Source: Paraglomus brasilianum
Lineage: Eukaryota
Direction of reading: 5' to 3'
NCBI GenBank assembly: GCA_910592345.1
Contig: CAJVPI010000373.1
Location: 1 to 32,509, forward strand
Length of the DNA stretch: 32,509 bases
Shown here: piece after piece, positions 27,718 through 32,509 of the stretch
How the letters are laid out: the number at the start of each line of letters is the position of its first letter
Numbering within the stretch: position 1 is the stretch's first letter
Notes under the pieces: generated by a model
The model's database searches: none
Told to the model about the DNA's origin: nothing
What the model saw: the letters and a program-made list of their open reading frames with translations, nothing else
Made by a program: the position numbers and the translations under genes

Positions 27718-28125
27718 TTTTATGTAAAAAAGAAGATTTTTGTTATTATTATTATTATGCTAATTCGGGGTCGTACCATGATCTAATGCGATCGGCCGCA
27801 TCGTCACTTTATTTAGAATGCACAGTACCCGCCTAAACTTTAACTCTGAATTCATTCTTAATTGAAACGCAATTTACAATAATTATAGAGTTGCTTTATT
27901 ACTGCATCATTTGTAAGGAGAAATCCTTTCATAACAATGAAATTTTTATTTCGGGAAATGTTACCATTTGCCATTTTATGCAGCTGCCTAACAAATATAA
28001 TAAATAAGAGCAAGCAAACCTCAGAGGTGCGATGTATGTCTTCTTTTTTACAATGTAGATAAAAAGATTCGGATAAAATATAACTTGAAATTAATTACAT
28101 GTGAATGCCAGTGTTAATAAATATT

Positions 28126-31100
28126 TCAACTTCTTGGATGAGTCGACGGAATTTGCCGCATTGATCTAGATGCCCATGCTGCAACTACACCATGTGGATC
28201 AATAGATATTGATCTACTGAGATCAATTCTAGCTTCATCATACCGTTTAAGATGACGATAAGTGTCTCCCCTTCTACTCAGCGCAAACACATCATATGGA
28301 TCAAGACTCAACGATCTATTGAGATCATCCAATGCATTTTCATATTGACAAAGCTTGCGATAGACGTCTCCTCTTCCTTTCAAAGCGAATTTGCAACTTG
28401 GATCAATTTCTAATGATCTATCGAAATCATTTAACGCAGATGCATGATTATTAAGCAGTCGATGGACTTCTCCTCTTCTACTCAACGCCCATACATAGTT
28501 CGGCTCAATTTCCAAGGCTTTATTGAATTCACGTAATGAATAACGATAGTTATGAAGCTCGTACAAGGCAGCTCCTCTTCTACTCAACATCCATGCATTA
28601 TTTGGTTCAATATCCAACGCTAGATTGAAGTCACTCAATGCGTCAAAATAACATTTATGTTTGCGAGACACATCTCCCCTTCGACTCAATGCCCAAGCAT
28701 CGTTCGGGTTGAGCCTTATTAATCTGCTGAAATCCTTTGATGCTTCGCCAAAAGAATGAAGCGCATATTTGACTGATCCTCTCACTTTCAGTGCCATTTT
28801 ACTATCTGGTTTAATCCTCAATGACCGCTCAACGTCAGTCAGTGCTTCGTCGTGCTCGCCGCACCAGTAAAAGATATATCCTCTTCTATTCAATGCCCAA
28901 GTATTATCTGGTTCAATCTCTAAGGATTTGTCGAAATCATCCATTGCCTTGTCATCCTGACCGAAGAAATGATGGATATAGCCTCTTCTACTCAATGCGT
29001 ATGGGTCCTTCGGTTGGATCTCCAACAATTTGTTAAAATCGTTCAATGCAAGATCGCACATATCAAGCTTGAAATAGAGACCTCCTCGTGTTCTTAATGC
29101 CCAAGCATTATTAGGTTCAATCTCTAACGACCTGTCGAAGTCTTTCAACGCCTCATTATAATTCTTTAGCGTGCGGTAAACGTCCCCTCTTGCTCTCAAT
29201 GTCCATGCACTATTTGGCTCAAGCATCAATGACCTGTCAAAATCTTCCAGGGCATCGTCATATAGATTAATAGCATGGTAAATATCTCCTCTTCTACTCA
29301 ATGACCATGCATCGTTTGGTTCAATAAATAAGGATTTATGAAGATCTTTCAATGCAATGCCATACCGACAACGTATGCGATAGACATCTCCTCGCCTACT
29401 CAATACCCATGGATCATTCCGTTTGATCTTCAATGATTTATTGAAATCTCTCAGTGCCTCAGCGTATTGATTAAGCTTGCGATAAATGTCTCCCCTTGCG
29501 TTCAATGCCTGTACGCAATTTGGTTTAATTCGCAATGATTCATTGAAATCGTTTAATGCATTGCCATATTGATTAAGCATTTGATAAACGTCTCCCCTTT
29601 TGTTCAAAGCCCACAAGTTGTTTGGCTCGATTTCTAACAATTTGTTGAGATCTTTCAGTGCATTCTCATGTTCGTCAAGCTTGCGATGGATACTAGCCCT
29701 TACTCTCAATGCCCATGCATTGTCCGGTGCAATCTCCAGGGACTCGGAGAAATCAATTAATGCACTGTCATAGTTCTTAAGTTTGCGATAGACAGAGCCC
29801 CTTGCTCTCAATGCCCATGCATTATTTGGTTCAAGCTCTAATGACTTGGTAAGATCATCCAACGCATCGTCATATCTTTCAAATACATGGTAGACATCTC
29901 CTCTTCTGCTCAATGCCCACGCGTTATTGGGTTCAATTTCCAAAGATTTATTGAGATCACTTAATGCACTGTCATATTGATCAAGCATGCGGTAGACGTC
30001 CCCTCTTCTACTCAATGCCCATGCGTCAGTTTCTTCAATTTCCAATAGACTGTCGAAATCCTTCAACGCGTTGTCGTATTGATTGAGCATTCGATACAAG
30101 TCTCCTCTTTCCCTCAATGCAGAGACATTGTTTGGTTCAACCCGTAATGATTTGTTGAGACTGTACAATAAATTACCATATTGATCGACTAACGAATGCT
30201 GACCTTGAGTTCTTGCCAACAACTTTAATCTGCTGCATACTGCTTTGCAAAGGGGTCTCTTTTCAGGGTTCTCATCCCAACATTCTGAATAAAGCCCAAT
30301 GTATTCCTCAGAAGTTCCAAAACTAGGTCTGTCACGAAACCCATTTAGGCGAAGTCTACTTATGTCAGCAGGTGTTGTTAATTCTTCGCACGGTGGTCCT
30401 CCACTCGATATTTCCCATAATATTACTCCTAAACTAAAGATGTCAGACTTTTCCCCGCGAGAGTAACTGGATTTAGTAAATAACAATGAATCCATATACG
30501 CTGCCTTTCCTTCATTTTCGGATGTCGATGCTAGGTATACAACCATATCCGATAATCCAAAGTCAGTAATTTTGGCAACACCTTTATGGATAAGAATATT
30601 ATTGGAATGCTAAAGATAATGAGAAGATGTAGAAATTAGAAAACTCATAATACCGACAGCACTCTTCATTTGTACTAGATACTTATAAGAACGTATCCTT
30701 AATTGCGAGAGCACGAGTTGGCACGTTAATATACATTACCAGATCTTTATGGACTACTCCCAATCCATGCAAATGCTTCAAGCCACTGGAAATACCCAAA
30801 GCGAGTGCAAGCTTGTTTGTCCACGACAATTCATGATAACAAATTCCTAAATACTCGCGTAATGTCCCCCCATCGGCGAACTCAAAGATCATACAGTAAT
30901 TGTCGAGCGTATCTGACAGAATGCGAATGAAAGCATTATTTTGCAATCGTTTGGTTGTGTGTGATCAGGACGCATGTTTTGCTAGATATACCTTTGCTTA
31001 AACCCAAGAATCGAATGATACTTGGATGGTCAGCGACTTGTTGGTGAATTTGAAGCTATAATTTTATGCGTAAACAAAATAAGTGTCACATTCTGCAATT

Positions 31101-31362
31101 ATCTTAATAGCAACAAATTCTTCAACTTGTCAAATTAATTGCACACATGTCTGTAGAATTGTCTGTAGAATTCTTCCTTTGGTCTCGTTCTGTTATGTAA
31201 CAGTGACTTTATAACAACGCTTTCGGAATGCTTTAATGTCGCTTTATATACTACTCCAAGACTCCCATTACCAATTACGGTATGGCTTAAGACGTGTTCC
31301 TTTGGATAGAGTTTTATAGAGCCATTTTGAATACTTTTCTCTAACAATGCTTTGGAAGACAT
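28126..31362 (-). CDS. TKL-family kinase fused to 19 C-terminal TPR repeats
   Basis: Exons 31362-31147, 31055-30992, 30912-30740, 30609-28126 splice in frame: IGNGSLGVVYKA, VVIK, HPSIIRFLG, EFADGGTLREYL, VHKDLHSNNIL, ITDFG, KSDIFSLGVILWEISSG. These are followed by 19 34-aa repeats (WAL.RRG.VY..L..Y..AL.D..KSLEIEPNN). Confidence 0.92.
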
Positions 31363-31521
31363 GACAAAAATTCCGGCCTTGTGTTTGTTACAACCTTATT
31401 TTATTTGTTGTACCTTTGGTCTGCGCCACAAGGTGACCATAATTTTTATTTCTGGAATAATAAATATGGTTATGAAATTATATTGATAATCCGAACCGCA
31501 GGTGGTTTTGGACGGATAGTA

Positions 31522-31540
31522 TGTGTGTGTGTGTGTGTGT
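31522..31540. repeat. (TG)n microsatellite
   Basis: About 9 TG units upstream of the kinase-TPR start. Confidence 0.85.
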
Positions 31541-31700
31541 ATTAATATGGCGAGTGGTGCTTCTTTTTTTTTTCCGTATTTCCGCGTTGTTAGGACCATT
31601 TCAAGATTGTCATGCAAGATATTATAATGTGACAATCCCGAAACGGGTCAAATCCTAAGGTAGAAAAGCATTCTAAATATGTGAAAATACAATGCACCTT

Positions 31701-32097
31701 CCATTTCAAGGGGTGGGGACTGCAACAAAGTGAACATTTTGTTATGTACAATAAACATAAATAGAGGCTGGTGTGGCTGAATATTAACTAATTTGACTAA
31801 TGACGTTTTGATTATTATTATTCACAACAGAAAATTATGTAAATTACATTTTTAAGTTTATATCATGCCAGCATGTAACTAACACAGGCAGAACTAAACA
31901 ATTTCGGCCTCAATTAAGCTGCTGATTTGTTTCTGAAATCTGTCAGAGACGCCGTCCGGTATTGACAACTCCCGGTTCTATTTCAACCTCTAAAATGGGG
32001 CATGCTGTAACAAAACCAGACAAAGTGAACATTTCATAAATGAGAGGCTGATGATGATGTAGCTGTAAAATTGACCAGGGTGACTGATGATGTTTTG
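31701..32097 (+). repeat. Diverged ~110-120 bp direct repeat (2 copies: 31701-31810, 31978-32097)
   Basis: Collinear shared blocks ATTTCAA, TGGGG, ACAAAGTGAACATTT, CATAAAT(G)AGAGGCTG, TGT(G/A)GCTG, TGACT(A/G)ATGA(C/T)GTTTTG. Confidence 0.7.
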
Positions 32098-32389
32098 CCT
32101 TGTTAATGTAATGCTCACTTTATCATACCAGAATGTGATAAATATAAACCATAACAGGGTTAATATATATAATAATAAGATTATCTCTATATAAAAAATA
32201 TAATATGAAACTAATTTACATTAAATCCACTATGGAACCAAAGAATTACAGCACTATTAGAAGTATTTTAAAGAAAGCTCAAGGAGAGAAAATTGCCCCT
32301 TACATTTTTAAAATCAATAATACCCAAACTCTCCAGGAGTATCTAAATAAAGCAAAAATCACTTATGAAATTTAAATTACTTCTTTACT

Positions 32390-32509
32390 TTAATCAAGCT
32401 CATCTCTTATTTTCTTTAACTTCGATTTGAGTAATGTGTTGAGTCTGCTGTTTTCTTAAGAATTCAACCTCACTTTCAAGTCTTTGAATTTTATCCAATA
32501 ATTCTTGCT
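32390..32509 (-). CDS. C-terminal end of a hypothetical coiled-coil protein (truncated by window edge)
   Basis: QELLDKIQRLESEVEFLRKQQTQHITQIEVKEKIRDELD* shows a heptad pattern and has no stop up to the window end. Confidence 0.4.

Noticed and set aside
28200..30150. 102-bp periodic repeats as a CRISPR or satellite array
   Set aside because: They are the coding TPR units in one open frame.
30992..31055. Suspected frameshift in kinase-TPR exon 2
   Set aside because: A recount gives 64 nt reading LQIHQQVADHPSIIRFLGLSK, in frame with exon 3.

Overview
Intron-rich, AT-rich eukaryotic DNA from an early-diverging fungus, most likely Glomeromycotina (arbuscular mycorrhizal, AMF) or a related Mucoromycota. 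This assignment rests on the short GT-AG introns, LYS12 (alpha-aminoadipate pathway), RTEL1 and the expanded TKL-type kinases. Compact housekeeping genes are present: PIG-L/GPI12, TFIIIC subunit 6, homoisocitrate dehydrogenase, an ECHDC1-like crotonase, a secreted phosphoesterase, an RluA pseudouridine synthase, RTEL1, phosphoglucomutase and mitochondrial uL30. They are interleaved with three lineage-expanded kinase genes, decayed Tc1/IS630-like transposase relics and MITE-like palindromes. The main highlights are: (i) a kinase with three tandem degenerate kinase N-lobe modules, sharing a homologous phase-0 intron, ahead of an NFG pseudokinase domain in a CpG-depleted gene body; (ii) a kinase fused to 19 TPRs that lacks the alphaC Glu where a 12-bp duplication sits; (iii) 9-, 12- and 19-nt microexons, two carrying active-site motifs; (iv) a phosphoesterase missing its EN metal ligands; (v) a possibly endobacterial-like segment at the right edge. 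All exon models were spliced by eye.
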